Assembly: GCF_001194135.2 (NCBI RefSeq)
Contig: NC_068983.1
Location: forward strand, 101,283,265-101,347,264
Direction: 5' to 3'
Length of the DNA stretch: 64,000 nucleotides
Origin: Octopus bimaculoides
Taxonomy: Eukaryota
Positions 1 through 11,138 of the stretch are shown piece after piece; positions within the stretch are counted from its first letter, which is position 1, and each line of letters opens with the position of its first letter. The translations under genes were made by a program, and so were the position numbers. Under the pieces are notes generated by a model. The model was given only the letters and a program-made list of their open reading frames with translations, was not told the origin of the DNA and ran no database searches.

Positions 1-240
1 TGGAGAATAAAGATATAGCGTTCTCTCTCTTATTCATCCAGCAACCGTCGTGACAGGTCGTTTTTCCAGGCTCTCTGACAATATCGACCCCGACATGTGG
101 TCGAAGCTTTCTTTGGTATTATAGCGGCATGCCTTTCACCCGGGAACCAAACGGCTCTGCACCAACCAGGAATAAATTATTGATCTGTTGTTACCGTTGA
201 CCCTCGTGTTTGTTGTATTTCTGAATTTAATAAATAATAT
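1..240 (+). mobile_element. Possible LTR 3' end or unclassified CpG-retaining repeat
   Basis: CpG-rich stretch with AATAAA and an A/T-rich ending resembling an LTR terminus; truncated by the window start. Confidence 0.3.
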
Positions 241-688
241 AAGAGATGGCCAAGCCATCATATCTCATCCAACTCTTATATATTCAACCACTACCATGGT
301 TGAATGATAGTTATTTCCTGCACATTTTCTCAGCTTCATGAAGCATATCAAACAGATCATATATAAACTAATGAGAGAAGTTCTACACACGCCAATAAGG
401 AAGTTTCTACACGAACCACTGTATGAACCTCAATGCAATTGTTTCAACCTCTAGAAGTATCAGAAATAGCAAGCAATTATCACTCATCCCACTCCAACTG
501 TCCTTTAAAGGATGGACATATTGAATAATGTAGTCATAGCCACTGTACACCAGAAAATAAGAGAAGCTGGTCACAGCTGGAACACCTTTGATTTTAAGTC
601 TTTTCTATTAGGACTGACTTGTAAACAGAAAAGACAACAACGATTGCAGCTGCTATTACTATTATTAGTAGTATTTTAAGATCACATT

Positions 689-1236
689 TATGTGGCCATA
701 AACAATACTTTTTGGTTCATATATTGCTTCCATCTTGAACAGAGATATCAGTGATTGTAAGACACTGTATTTTCTATATGTTGCAAGCAAGGTTAAACTG
801 CTGCCATGCCTGGTGAATGAGTACCCACCACTGAGGAGATCCAATACAGATTTAAGCCACATAGTCTGGTGATCTCAGAGTTAGGGTGGCAGGAGTTATC
901 TTCTGCTTACAATAAATATTGAATGTGAGAAGTGCACTGAATAAACCAACTGGAAGAGATGTCTTCCTGGGGTTAAATGGCTGTATCATTGTCTCTTTAA
1001 AGTGGACATAAACTATACTTTTTGGTTCATATACTGCTTCTATCTCGAACATAGATATTCTAACAGACTAGTTTCCTAGTTACAAAATCAGTGATCATAT
1101 GACACTGTATTTTCTATATATTGCAAGTGAGGTTAAATTGCTACAATGCCTGGTGAACAAGCATTCACCACTGAGGGGATCCAATACAGATTTAAGCCAC
1201 ATAGTCTGGTGGTCTCAGAGCTAGTGTGGCAGGAGT
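689..1236. repeat. Diverged direct duplication of a ~210-240 bp unit
   Basis: 689-898 and 997-1236 share blocks such as GACACTGTATTTTCTATAT and GATCCAATACAGATTTAAGCCACATAGTCTGGT. Confidence 0.85.
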
Positions 1237-1584
1237 CCCTTGTTCCCATTTCCTCTGCCATGACCTTTAAACATATCTTTATTCTTCCCCACCACTCTTT
1301 CCTTTTTTTTACTTCCTTCTACAGTTATTTCATATTATCATTTTCATCCTTTCTCGGCACATGACCCAACTGTCTCATCCCATTTCTCCTCACAACATCT
1401 ATCAGTCCATCTTCGCTTTCTTCTGCAGTTCATTGTCTTTTTCTAAAATGAGCAGTTAGCAAACTCAGTGCTTTGAAAATGACCAGAAATTGCAGACTCT
1501 ATAGTACTCTTTACATCTTCTTGATTTCCTTTACTAAGCTTAAGGTTATGGTATTCATGCTTTTTTTTTTCAAGACTATTAATG

Positions 1585-1980
1585 TACTTGAGTGTATGAT
1601 AAAAAGTTTGCTGTCCGACTACATGATTCTAGGTTCAGTCCCACTGCATGGTACCTAGGACAAGTGTATTCAACCCCACGCTGGCCAAAGCTGTGTGACA
1701 GGATTTCATAAATGGAAACTGAAAGAAGCCTGTCACTTATATGTATGTGTGTGTGTCTTTGTCTTCAACATTATGTGATAGTTGTTAATGTTTGTCTCTA
1801 TCATACAAGCAATGTCATTCATTTCTAATACACTGGGTAAGTATTACTTTGCTTGGAAACAAGTGAGGTTGGTGACAGGAAGGGTATCCAGCCATAGAAA
1901 AACTGCTTCAATAAAACAAAAAGCTGTATCTGACCCATGCAAACATGGAAAGTAGTTGTTAAAATGGTGATGATGATAAT
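1585..1980 (+). mobile_element. tRNA-derived SINE (family A head plus RTE-type GAT tail), decayed
   Basis: GGTTCAGTCCCACTGCATGG head, GGAAACTGAAAGAAGCC core, GGAAGGGTATCCAGCC...GATGATGAT tail; recurs across the window. Confidence 0.8.
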
Positions 1981-3015
1981 GTGATCTCAAATTGCTGGCA
2001 TTTTCCTTTTCTGATTTTTATTGATCCATTTTCTCACTAGTCTAATTTCTAAACACTTAAATATATTGATCTCCTACATAAACACAAGGCTTAGAAAAAA
2101 GGAAGTTAGATATCTGGACATAGTCATACATATACATTAAAACTATGTGATTGTACTCAGTTACATGCACATGCATGTACACAGATTGCAAAAGGAGGAA
2201 ATGGGATGGGAGCTGGTTTTTTTGATTGACTAGTAAACAGAAAATATTAATGTGAAAGTATTCATATATCCATAAATTTATTTTTGTTCTGAATGAGGAT
2301 GTATAAGAAAAGCAAGCATTTTGAAGTGCACATCTTTGAATCAACTTTCTGGATTAAAAGTAGCTTATTTATCTTATATTAATGTATTTATATATATATA
2401 GCGCACACATTTTTGTGAACATTTACGTCATTGGGTATAGATTTCCAAATGGGCCAATCAATCAGTGGCTCACCACATTTTTCCAGTGGTAAGAATGAAA
2501 AAGGAGTGTGTGTACAACTTGAGTTGAATAAATACCACAAGGTATTGACTTGTTGAATCAGTTTATCTGTTTTCTTATTGATCTATGTCTTTCTTCTTCA
2601 CATACACAAGCCAGTGTGTTGATATACATATTTGATTATGAATTAGAATCAGCTCTAATGTCATTAACATTATCAACCACACATGCTCAATGTTTATGTT
2701 TTGCTTGTTGCCAGTATGCTGCAGTTAGCACAGTGGAGATGACTCCCTCAAAAGACTGGATTTTAAAACATCTGGAAGTCATAGGCACCGTTTTTACAAT
2801 CCTGTAAATAATAATAATGGTATTTTATATAAGCTTAAATCTTATGGTGACCACTATGCAATGACTAAGGGAAATAGTCTCTAATAAAGGGGATATAAGC
2901 CCTTGACAGGAAAAAGAAGGCTTTCCTATCTGTGGATATATGTACACACATATATAGTCATCTATGAATCCATAAGTCTGATAAAAATGCACCAATTTAT
3001 TTGTCAATAGAGTGG

Positions 3016-3185
3016 ATATATTAATCAAAGTAATACAGTATTGTAGATCACTTGCTGCTGATTTTACCAAGTGGTTTCACACCAAATATTAGGTAACCGT
3101 CCAGTTACCTATTATCGGGTGCAAAACCGATTGATAAGATTGTCCAAAATGGATCTATAAAACTATACTTTGATTAATAGATATA
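3016..3185. mobile_element. Palindromic MITE
   Basis: Inverted arms ATATTAATCAAAGT / ACTTTGATTAAT in a TA context; a related copy lies at 6049-6335. Confidence 0.6.
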
Positions 3186-3199
3186 TATATATATTAATC

Positions 3200-3610
3200 A
3201 AAGTATATGGCATGATGCCACTTCTGAAAGCCTACATGGATGTAATTACTGTCCTTGCATCCAAGGAGTTAGAAACCCAGAATCTGCTCAATCAAACCCA
3301 AGAAATTTAGGAGTCTTTCCCCAAGGAAGGGAAAGTGACGGAAGTGATTAGCTTCAAAGTTGGCAGCCAAAAGATGATTCCCACTGTATTGGAGCAGCCA
3401 TTGAAAAATCTTGGAAGATGGTATGACATGACCCTGAAAGATGCCAACCAGGTGAAAGAAATGACCAAGACAGTAGAGGGGGGTCTATACAAGATCGACA
3501 AGCAACCTTTGCCCAACACATACAAGGTTTGGTGTCTTTAGCATATGCTGACAGCAATGTTGCTATGGCCCCTGCTAGTGCGTGAAATTGCAACTTCAGC
3601 AGTTAGTTGT
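3200..3610 (+). mobile_element. Hero-like (R2-group) non-LTR retrotransposon RT fragment, decayed
   Basis: Translation IPTVLEQPLKNLGRWYDMTLKD...KIDKQPLPNTYKVWCL*HML..MLLWPL resembles the Hero-type P.KSLGRWYD.SLKD...LPGK.K.WC motif (recognised from memory). Confidence 0.6.
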
Positions 3611-3756
3611 CCATAAGTCAGAAACAAAAGTCCGGTCGATATAAGTAATAGAGGAGGTATATTTTTACGGTGTCAAACCCTATGTTACTGGTTATGGCAT
3701 ATAACTAAAATGTTACTATCAGTTTCATATCTAATATTGTCTCTAGACTACATTGG

Positions 3757-3940
3757 TTTCAAATTCAGATACAAGACCAGAAATTTCAGGGGAGGGGGCT
3801 AAGTTGATTACATCAACCTCAGTGCTCAACTGGTACTTACTTTATTGACCCCAGAAGGATGAAAGGCAAAGTCGACTTGGTAGAATTTGAACTCAGAATG
3901 TAAAACCAGTGTGCTAATGATTTTGTCCGCTTGCCACCTT
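3757..3940 (-). mobile_element. tRNA-derived SINE family B
   Basis: Reverse complement of GAGTTCAAATTC..GTCGACTTTGCCTTTCATCC..AAGTACCAG; same family as 15748-15960. Confidence 0.8.
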
Positions 3941-4021
3941 GTCTCTTGACAATATTAATATGCTAACATTGTGATTAGTTATATGCCATAATCAAGAATA
4001 TATTGTTTGAATATATATATA

Positions 4022-4190
4022 TATCATCATCATCATCATCGTTTAACGTCCGCTTTCCATGCTCGCATGGGTTGGACGACTTGACTGAGGACTGGTGAAA
4101 CCGGATGGTAACACCAGGCTCCAATCTAAATTTGGCAGAGTTTCTACAGCTGGATGCCATTCCTAACGCCAACCACTCAGAGAGTGTAGT
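4022..4190 (-). mobile_element. RTE/SINE 3' tail ending in (GAT)n
   Basis: Reverse complement of GCATGGAAAGCGGACGTTAAACGATGATGATG; runs into the N gap. Confidence 0.85.
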
Positions 4191-5152
4191 NNNNNNNNNN
4201 NNNNNNNNNNNNNNNNNNNNNNNNNNNNNNNNNNNNNNNNNNNNNNNNNNNNNNNNNNNNNNNNNNNNNNNNNNNNNNNNNNNNNNNNNNNNNNNNNNNN
4301 NNNNNNNNNNNNNNNNNNNNNNNNNNNNNNNNNNNNNNNNNNNNNNNNNNNNNNNNNNNNNNNNNNNNNNNNNNNNNNNNNNNNNNNNNNNNNNNNNNNN
4401 NNNNNNNNNNNNNNNNNNNNNNNNNNNNNNNNNNNNNNNNNNNNNNNNNNNNNNNNNNNNNNNNNNNNNNNNNNNNNNNNNNNNNNNNNNNNNNNNNNNN
4501 NNNNNNNNNNNNNNNNNNNNNNNNNNNNNNNNNNNNNNNNNNNNNNNNNNNNNNNNNNNNNNNNNNNNNNNNNNNNNNNNNNNNNNNNNNNNNNNNNNNN
4601 NNNNNNNNNNNNNNNNNNNNNNNNNNNNNNNNNNNNNNNNNNNNNNNNNNNNNNNNNNNNNNNNNNNNNNNNNNNNNNNNNNNNNNNNNNNNNNNNNNNN
4701 NNNNNNNNNNNNNNNNNNNNNNNNNNNNNNNNNNNNNNNNNNNNNNNNNNNNNNNNNNNNNNNNNNNNNNNNNNNNNNNNNNNNNNNNNNNNNNNNNNNN
4801 NNNNNNNNNNNNNNNNNNNNNNNNNNNNNNNNNNNNNNNNNNNNNNNNNNNNNNNNNNNNNNNNNNNNNNNNNNNNNNNNNNNNNNNNNNNNNNNNNNNN
4901 NNNNNNNNNNNNNNNNNNNNNNNNNNNNNNNNNNNNNNNNNNNNNNNNNNNNNNNNNNNNNNNNNNNNNNNNNNNNNNNNNNNNNNNNNNNNNNNNNNNN
5001 NNNNNNNNNNNNNNNNNNNNNNNNNNNNNNNNNNNNNNNNNNNNNNNNNNNNNNNNNNNNNNNNNNNNNNNNNNNNNNNNNNNNNNNNNNNNNNNNNNNN
5101 NNNNNNNNNNNNNNNNNNNNNNNNNNNNNNNNNNNNNNNNNNNNNNNNNNNN
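4191..5152. other. Assembly gap
   Basis: Run of N. Confidence 1.
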
Positions 5153-6048
5153 GTTCTCATCTTTTAAATTTATTGTACAAAACTGTTCAGCTAATTTGTA
5201 AGTTTGTCTAATTAGTCACTTTTTTCTGTATTTAATGTAGTAAATTACCAAATTCTACTTAAATAAGTATAGTGATATTTGTAAACTATAATAAAATAAT
5301 TTTTAATATTCAAATTTCAATTTTAGCTGCAATATTTTAAGTAAGAAGTTTCTTATTTTTTACTTGAAGTAATAGCTTGTTCTATACTTTTCCAGGTTTA
5401 TAATCTTAAGAATATTACTTTTCATGCTCACATTTTTCCATGTAATCCATGATTCTTCCAGGCATTGCTGTTATAAGATAATTAATGATGTATCACTTAT
5501 GCATTTCACCTGGTGCACAAACGTTTCTTCCAGCTCACCACTTTAGAAAGTAAACATTGATTTTAGAAATATATTCTTTATACTTATAGCTTGATAATGA
5601 TGATGAAGCATTACTCCCTTACTTTCTTACTCACTGACAGGAAATTTCGTAACATTTTACCTCATAACTCTTTTTCTACTAAATTTTATTCAACGCGACT
5701 AGTGATTCTGAATTACTCATGCACGTTTTCTATCATTTAAGCCTAATTAAGGTATACTTTTAATTTGAAATTAAAAAGTTTATGCTAATAGAAGGTGAAT
5801 AGGTGCCTTACTGCCCCCTCTCCCTTGAGGTTGCAGATATTTTGATGTAACTTTTTTTCTACTGAACCAAATCTCAAACTATTTATGCTAAAGTGTAGCT
5901 GAAGAGGTGTCCTCTTTAAAACTATTAACAGTTTGCAATTTAGTTGAGAACTGAATTAGTGGTGAAGCTTGGAAGCTGCTGCGATTGACGAAATGGTGGA
6001 CTTAACAATATATTCAACCACTACCGTGGTTGAATGATTAATAGGGTG

Positions 6049-6335
6049 GATATATTAAGCAAAGTATATAGTATTATAGATCCATTTTGGTGAGGTTGCC
6101 AATCAGTTTCACATTGGATGTTAGATAACCAGATATTAGATAACAAACACCACATGCTCTTCAAAGGTGGCAAGTATAGGAAAAAGTCACCAAACTTTTT
6201 CTATATCTGCCATTTCTGAAGAGCATATGGTTTCAGTTAACTACCCAGTTATCTTACATCCAATTTAAAACTGATTAATAAGGAGAGTCAAAATGGATCT
6301 ATAATTCTATGCATTTTAAAATTCATATATATATA
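6049..6335. mobile_element. Palindromic MITE with a nested hairpin insertion (6149-6232)
   Basis: Arms ATAGATCCATTTTG / CAAAATGGATCTAT; the inner element ACCACATGCTCTTCA...TGAAGAGCATATGGT is itself an inverted repeat. Confidence 0.65.
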
Positions 6336-6341
6336 TATTAA

Positions 6342-6738
6342 GGTGCAGGAGTGGCTGTGTGGTAAGAAGCTTGCTTCCTAATCCCGTGGTTCCAGGTTTG
6401 GTCCCACTGCATGGCACTTTGGGCAAGTGTCTTCTACTATAGCCTTGGGCTAACCAAAGCCTTGGGCTAACCAAAGCCTTGGGCTAACCAAAGCCTTGTG
6501 AGTGGATTTGGTAGACAGAAACTGAAAGAAGTCCGTATGTGTGTGTTTGTCCCTGAACCATTGTTAGACAACTGATGTTGGTGTGTTTACATCCCCATAA
6601 CATAGCAGTTCAGCAAAAGAGACTGATAGAATAAGCACTAGGCTTACAAATAATAAGTCCTGGGGTCGGTTTCTTCAACTAAGGGAGGTGCTCCAGCATG
6701 GTCGCAGTCAAATGACTAAAACTAGTAAAAGAGTAAAA
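6342..6738 (+). mobile_element. SINE family A, full length, with an internal 3 x 17-bp tandem repeat (6441-6497)
   Basis: GTGGCTGTGTGGTAAGAAGCTTGC head (A-box-like), CA-rich linker, tail CCAGCATGGTCGCAGTCAAATGAC; AGCCTTGGGCTAACCAA x3. Confidence 0.9.
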
Positions 6739-7348
6739 TAGCACACACAGAGAGAGCAAAATTCTGGATAGTTTTCTTCCATTTAATTTCACACACAAAT
6801 CAGCCTACGACTATGGTAGAAGACACTTGTTGAGAATATTATGCAATCAATTTGACTATATATTTATGAAGCAAACGTCTGAACTACACTGTCATGTTTA
6901 CATTATAATTAACACTTTTCTCACATCACTACTTTAGGAGTTTATGAAGGTTATGTTTCACTGAGGAAGTCAGATTAATACTGAAACTTATTTGGAGTTG
7001 TCTCCCATGCTAATTAGGCGGAGAAAAATAATATTCGACATTGGCTAGTATTGTGTTTTATTTTGTCTTTTTTTTCTCATGCATATTTATTTCCAGTTAA
7101 GTTTTAGATTCTCTCCTGCTTTAGATATGATAACTCTAGCCGACCTAATTATGAAGTGATTTTAATTCAAATAACCGATTTTCTGAAGGGAAAAAAATCG
7201 ATTTGAAGTTTCTTAAATTAAAAAATTTTGAACACACACACACATAGTGTAGAGGGTATCTGATGTGCAACAGTGCTGTAGAAATAAAACAAAATTGAAT
7301 TTTGAATTATAAGCAGCTCTAATAACGTAAGCATTGTGTGTGTGTGTA

Positions 7349-7625
7349 AGTGCATGGTTTAGTGGTTAGGGTGTTGCGATTGCGAGATCGTGGTTTCAAT
7401 TCCCAGACCAGGCGTTACATTGTGTTCTTAAGCAAAACACTTCATTTCACGTTGCTCTGCGATCATTTCATCATGGTGCACCTGTACAGGTAATGTCGAT
7501 TTGATGGTAGGAGTGAGCTTCTGTGAACACAAACATTTGATCGCTATAAACAAATCATCTGTGTGGTTGTTCGGCAAGAAATTACCGAACCCTCATACGT
7601 CGTCTAACGACGGGAGAGACCATGA
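7349..7625 (+). mobile_element. tRNA-derived SINE family D
   Basis: GGTTTAGTGGTTAGGG...GGTTTCAATTCCC (A/B-box-like) then TTGTGTTCTTAAGCAAAACAC; a second copy lies at 40630-40982. Confidence 0.8.
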
Positions 7626-7678
7626 TATATGATGGCTGTCCCCTCGTTATCGAGTATGGCCATTGCACGAAGCTTAAC

Positions 7679-7945
7679 TTAACAGTGCTGTGATCGAATG
7701 TGACTTTTTAGCCCAGCCAAAGATCTACAATGTCTTGCACAGAGTTGGCATCCAAAACCTTTACTGGCAATAGCTGGCTGTTGTTGTAATTGGGCTCCAT
7801 GTACCTTTGCGTGTCGTTTAAGTCCTCCTGCTGAATCACACTCCCTTCCACATGTCCGACAGACATGATTAGTATGGTGTGTAGCATCATTACCAGCGGC
7901 CTGGTAGTCAATCATCGGTCTTGCTTTAAGACTACGAAGATGATA
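7679..7945 (-). mobile_element. 5'-truncated LINE (RTE-type) C-terminus encoding two C2H2 fingers
   Basis: CRTCGRECDSAGGLKRHAKVH and CQLCARHCRSLAGLKSHIRSQH followed by a stop; begins abruptly after (TA)n; no TGEKP linker. Confidence 0.65.
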
Positions 7946-8059
7946 TATATATATATATATATCACTGAATTTCAATTTCTAAATCTAACATAGGCACAGC
8001 TACTCTCACTAAATTGAACCCCTCCTGCCAGAGGAAAAAAAGCAAATTCAGCATAGCGT

Positions 8060-8546
8060 ATATAAGAGATTTCTGATCAAAGGCTTTGCCCACTGATGAC
8101 CATCCCGTCTTTTTTCTATATCAGACACTGCATTAACCTTCCTGTTATAAGACATTACAGTTTGATTTGCGGGCGGTTTAGCTGCTATTTTGGACAGGTT
8201 GAACGACCACATTGAACAAATTTCGTCGGTTCGGTTGTTGTTGAACCTCAAGTTAACTCTGATCGAGCTGACCCATAAATCCACTTAATAACCATCCCGT
8301 TTGTTTAAAGGTGTCTAGGACTACATTATCTAATGTCATTGAGGGAGATTTAGCTATTATTTCTAGCAAGCTGGCTCGGTAACAAATTTCGTCGGTTCGG
8401 TTGTTGTTGAACCTCAAGTTGACTCTGATTGAGCTGACCCATAATCCACTTAAAAACCATCCCGTTTGTTGAAAGGTGTCTTGGACTACATTATCTAATG
8501 TCATTTAGGGAGATTTAGCTATTATTTCTAGCAAGTTGGCTCGGTA
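8060..8546 (+). repeat. Interspersed repeat family C with a 166-bp tandem duplication (8215-8380, 8381-8546)
   Basis: Near-identical units starting AACAAATTTCGTCGGTTCGG; family motifs ACCATCCCGT..GAGGGAGATTTAGCT..TATTTCTAGCA. Confidence 0.9.
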
Positions 8547-8739
8547 ATTCTCGTTGGTGTTCGTCAATAATTTTCATTCAAGAGCAAAAATCACAAAAAA
8601 AAAATAATAATAATGCTGCTTGGATTGGCTAAATTTGAATCCAGAATTTAAAGTTACTGAACGCCCTGTAGTGATACTTCTTTTCAAGGCAACAATTTGA
8701 AATGGAGTATAACTGACAAATATGAGCTTAGCCACTCCG

Positions 8740-9390
8740 CTTCTATGCCTCTCTCTCTATTTCTCTTCTCATTCTCTCTAACTATATTTTGCTATTCCTT
8801 TTCTACTTCTCTCAGAATTTCTCTATACCTTTCGCTCACTCTTTCTTCCTCTGTTTCTCCTTCCTTGTTTTATGTTCATATTTTCTTTCCCTTCTTATTT
8901 CTTTTCTCTCTCTTCATTGTTAATACACACGCTCTCTCTCTCTCACTCTTTTCTTTATTCGATTCTCTTTTTTTCTATCGTCACCTTTAATTTATTTTTC
9001 TCTTTTCTTTTTTCTCTCATTCTTTATTTCACTCTCTCTTTCTCGTTTTCTTTTTCTCATTCTTCTTTCCATTCTCTTATCCTCTTTCTGTCGTCAGCTT
9101 CTATTTTCTCTCTCTCCTTTCTTTCTTCTTTACTTAATTTTCTTCTTTCTATCGTTAACTTTCCTTTTCTTTTATCTCCCCAACCCTCTTTTATATTTTT
9201 TATCTTTATTGCATTTTCTTTTCGTCGTCAGCATTTATTTCCATTTCTCTACTCTCTCTCTCTCTCTCTTCTCTCATTTTCTTTTTCTTTCTTCCATACA
9301 CTTCTTTCTATCGTCGTTATTTTCTTTTCTCTTTTTCTTTTCTTTGTGTTCCACTCTCTTCTTCTCCTCTGTCTTCTCTTCCTCTGACAT
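8740..9390 (+). repeat. Polypyrimidine (CT-rich) low-complexity tract
   Basis: About 650 bp that is mostly C/T on the + strand; gives rise to the F/S/L-rich spurious ORFs. Confidence 0.9.
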
Positions 9391-9399
9391 CAGCTACAC

Positions 9400-9751
9400 A
9401 AACACATACATACATGCACACACACGTGTTGTTTGTGGGCGTGTTTCGCTAGAAACTATAATCAGCAGGTCCGAGCACTTGCATGCAGACGACGTCGTCG
9501 TTTCAAAGTCAACAGTTCGGTTTCACTTCTTCTACTGCTTGCTTGATCATCAATTGTGGTTGTCACTATTAATTGTTATTGTTCATTCAGAGACAACTAA
9601 AGAAAAAAAAAATCAAATATTTTCAGTAATAATACTGGTAAATAACAATAAGCTTCCTATTTCTCGGAAAGGTTAATTTCTAAATAACTGAACGGATAAT
9701 AATTTTGAACCAAAGGAAGAAAAGGGTTCGATAATACAATAATTTGTCAAA
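9400..9751 (+). promoter_or_regulatory. Probable MLF promoter / 5'UTR
   Basis: Locally CpG-rich and repeat-free just upstream of the ATG; E-box CACGTG at 9423, palindrome GACGACGTCGTC at 9488-9499, TTCTCGGAA (STAT-like) at 9661. The TSS cannot be determined from sequence. Confidence 0.5.
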
Positions 9752-9801
9752 ATGTTTGGACGTTCTATTCTTCAGGAATTTCAAGATGATGAATTTTTTG
9801 G
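9752..9801 (+). CDS. MLF: MLF exon 1 (MFGRSILQEFQDDEFFG)
   Basis: ATG in AAAATG context, MLF-like acidic/aromatic N-terminus, GTAAGT donor at 9802; phase 2 matches exon 2. Confidence 0.82.
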
Positions 9802-10124
9802 GTAAGTTTTCACTTAGGACTTACACAACGATCAATTTCCTAGATTAACACAATAATACTAATCTATCTATCTATATGTGTGTGTACATAAATACACATA
9901 TGAGAGATGCATACACATCGATAGGCGTTAGTAGAGAAACTTGTGCTGCTGAATAATCATTACACATTGATGTGTGTTGTTACTAAGTAAACATTCATTA
10001 TTCTATGTATGTGACCAAATACTACACAATAATTGGTGTGTGTTAATAGCCTAAATATATATAATCTGCGTGTCTCTCTATCTACACGTACACTCACAGT
10101 GTATGTTGACCAAATACATCTGTC

Positions 10125-10155
<31 letters not shown>

Positions 10156-10554
10156 CTATCTCAATCGACGCTATATTTTAAATGACCTTATTTACTTATT
10201 TGTCTATGTGAAGGCATGTCTTTGAAAATGTCTTAGTTATTATATATGATCTAATCTTTGTAAGTGTGTACAATTCAAACGATCTGTTTATTATGCTATT
10301 TACATGTAGAGGGGTTATTCATGAAGAATGTGCTATTGAATGTGCTTAGGCATTTCTTGCACCTACATATTTCAATTCGGAGAATGTCTCAATGAAAACC
10401 TATTATTGTATATCATCATCATCATCCATTGATTAATTACATATGTAATAATGTTGTTATATTGAGTCGTGTGTACTTTTATTTCGATTTCTGTGGTATA
10501 TGGTCATTTGTTGAGTAAAAACTCGACAAGGACTGTAGCCGTTGCTTGCCTGTG

Positions 10555-10750
10555 TTTGGTGTTCTTGTTTAGCCCCAAATCAGCCCAGCTCTAATCGAAT
10601 TGGATATAATCGAAGATGTTCCTGTCTTGAACCAACCCATCTTCAGGACCACATTAAATGTGTCCATTTCTTCTTTCTTAAGACTGTAGGATATGATTTG
10701 AGGGAGATTTAACTGCTATTTCTAGTATGTTGAACAACCTCGTAGGCTCA
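10555..10750 (+). repeat. Interspersed repeat family C copy (others near 430-650 -, 11330-11490 +, 13215-13345 -, 28385-28490 -, 33040-33175 +, 41570-41700 +, 47950-48160 -, 60480-60680 +)
   Basis: TTTAGCCCC...GATTTGAGGGAGATTTAACTGCTATTTCTAG motif recurring across the window. Confidence 0.7.
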
Positions 10751-11068
10751 TCTTAGCTATGTCTTTAAATATGGACGTTATATTTTTATTTTGAAGACTG
10801 GAGAATTTGTTGAAGATCTTGACTTTACATCGGTGCATCATTCTTTTGGAGACTTCATTCTTTTATATACCTACGAACATCACACCTTTATTCCGGTCAC
10901 ATATTAAAAAAAAAAACGTTGTTGTAGGTGTACTTCCTCTTTTTCCGCCTATCCCATCTGGCTACAATAATTTGTTACATATTTCAAAACAACACGTTTC
11001 TGGTTTAAACTCATTGACTGACTATCTAACCTAAATATTTCGGCCAAGTAATATTTGAATGTTAATTT

Positions 11069-11072
<4 letters not shown>

Positions 11073-11133
<61 letters not shown>
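11073..11133. repeat. (TA)n microsatellite
   Basis: Direct observation; others at 38030-38123 and 40984-41021. Confidence 0.98.

Positions 11134-11138
<5 letters not shown>

Noticed and set aside
4105-5211. Long ORFs of 368 and 327 aa (and those at 21632-22017)
   Set aside because: Artefacts of translating N gaps.
6342-6430. tRNA genes at SINE heads
   Set aside because: Only A/B-box-like remnants continuing into SINE bodies; no cloverleaf. No tRNA or rRNA gene is supported in the window.
8697-9676. Hydrophobic F/S/L-rich ORFs resembling membrane proteins
   Set aside because: Translations of the CT low-complexity tract.
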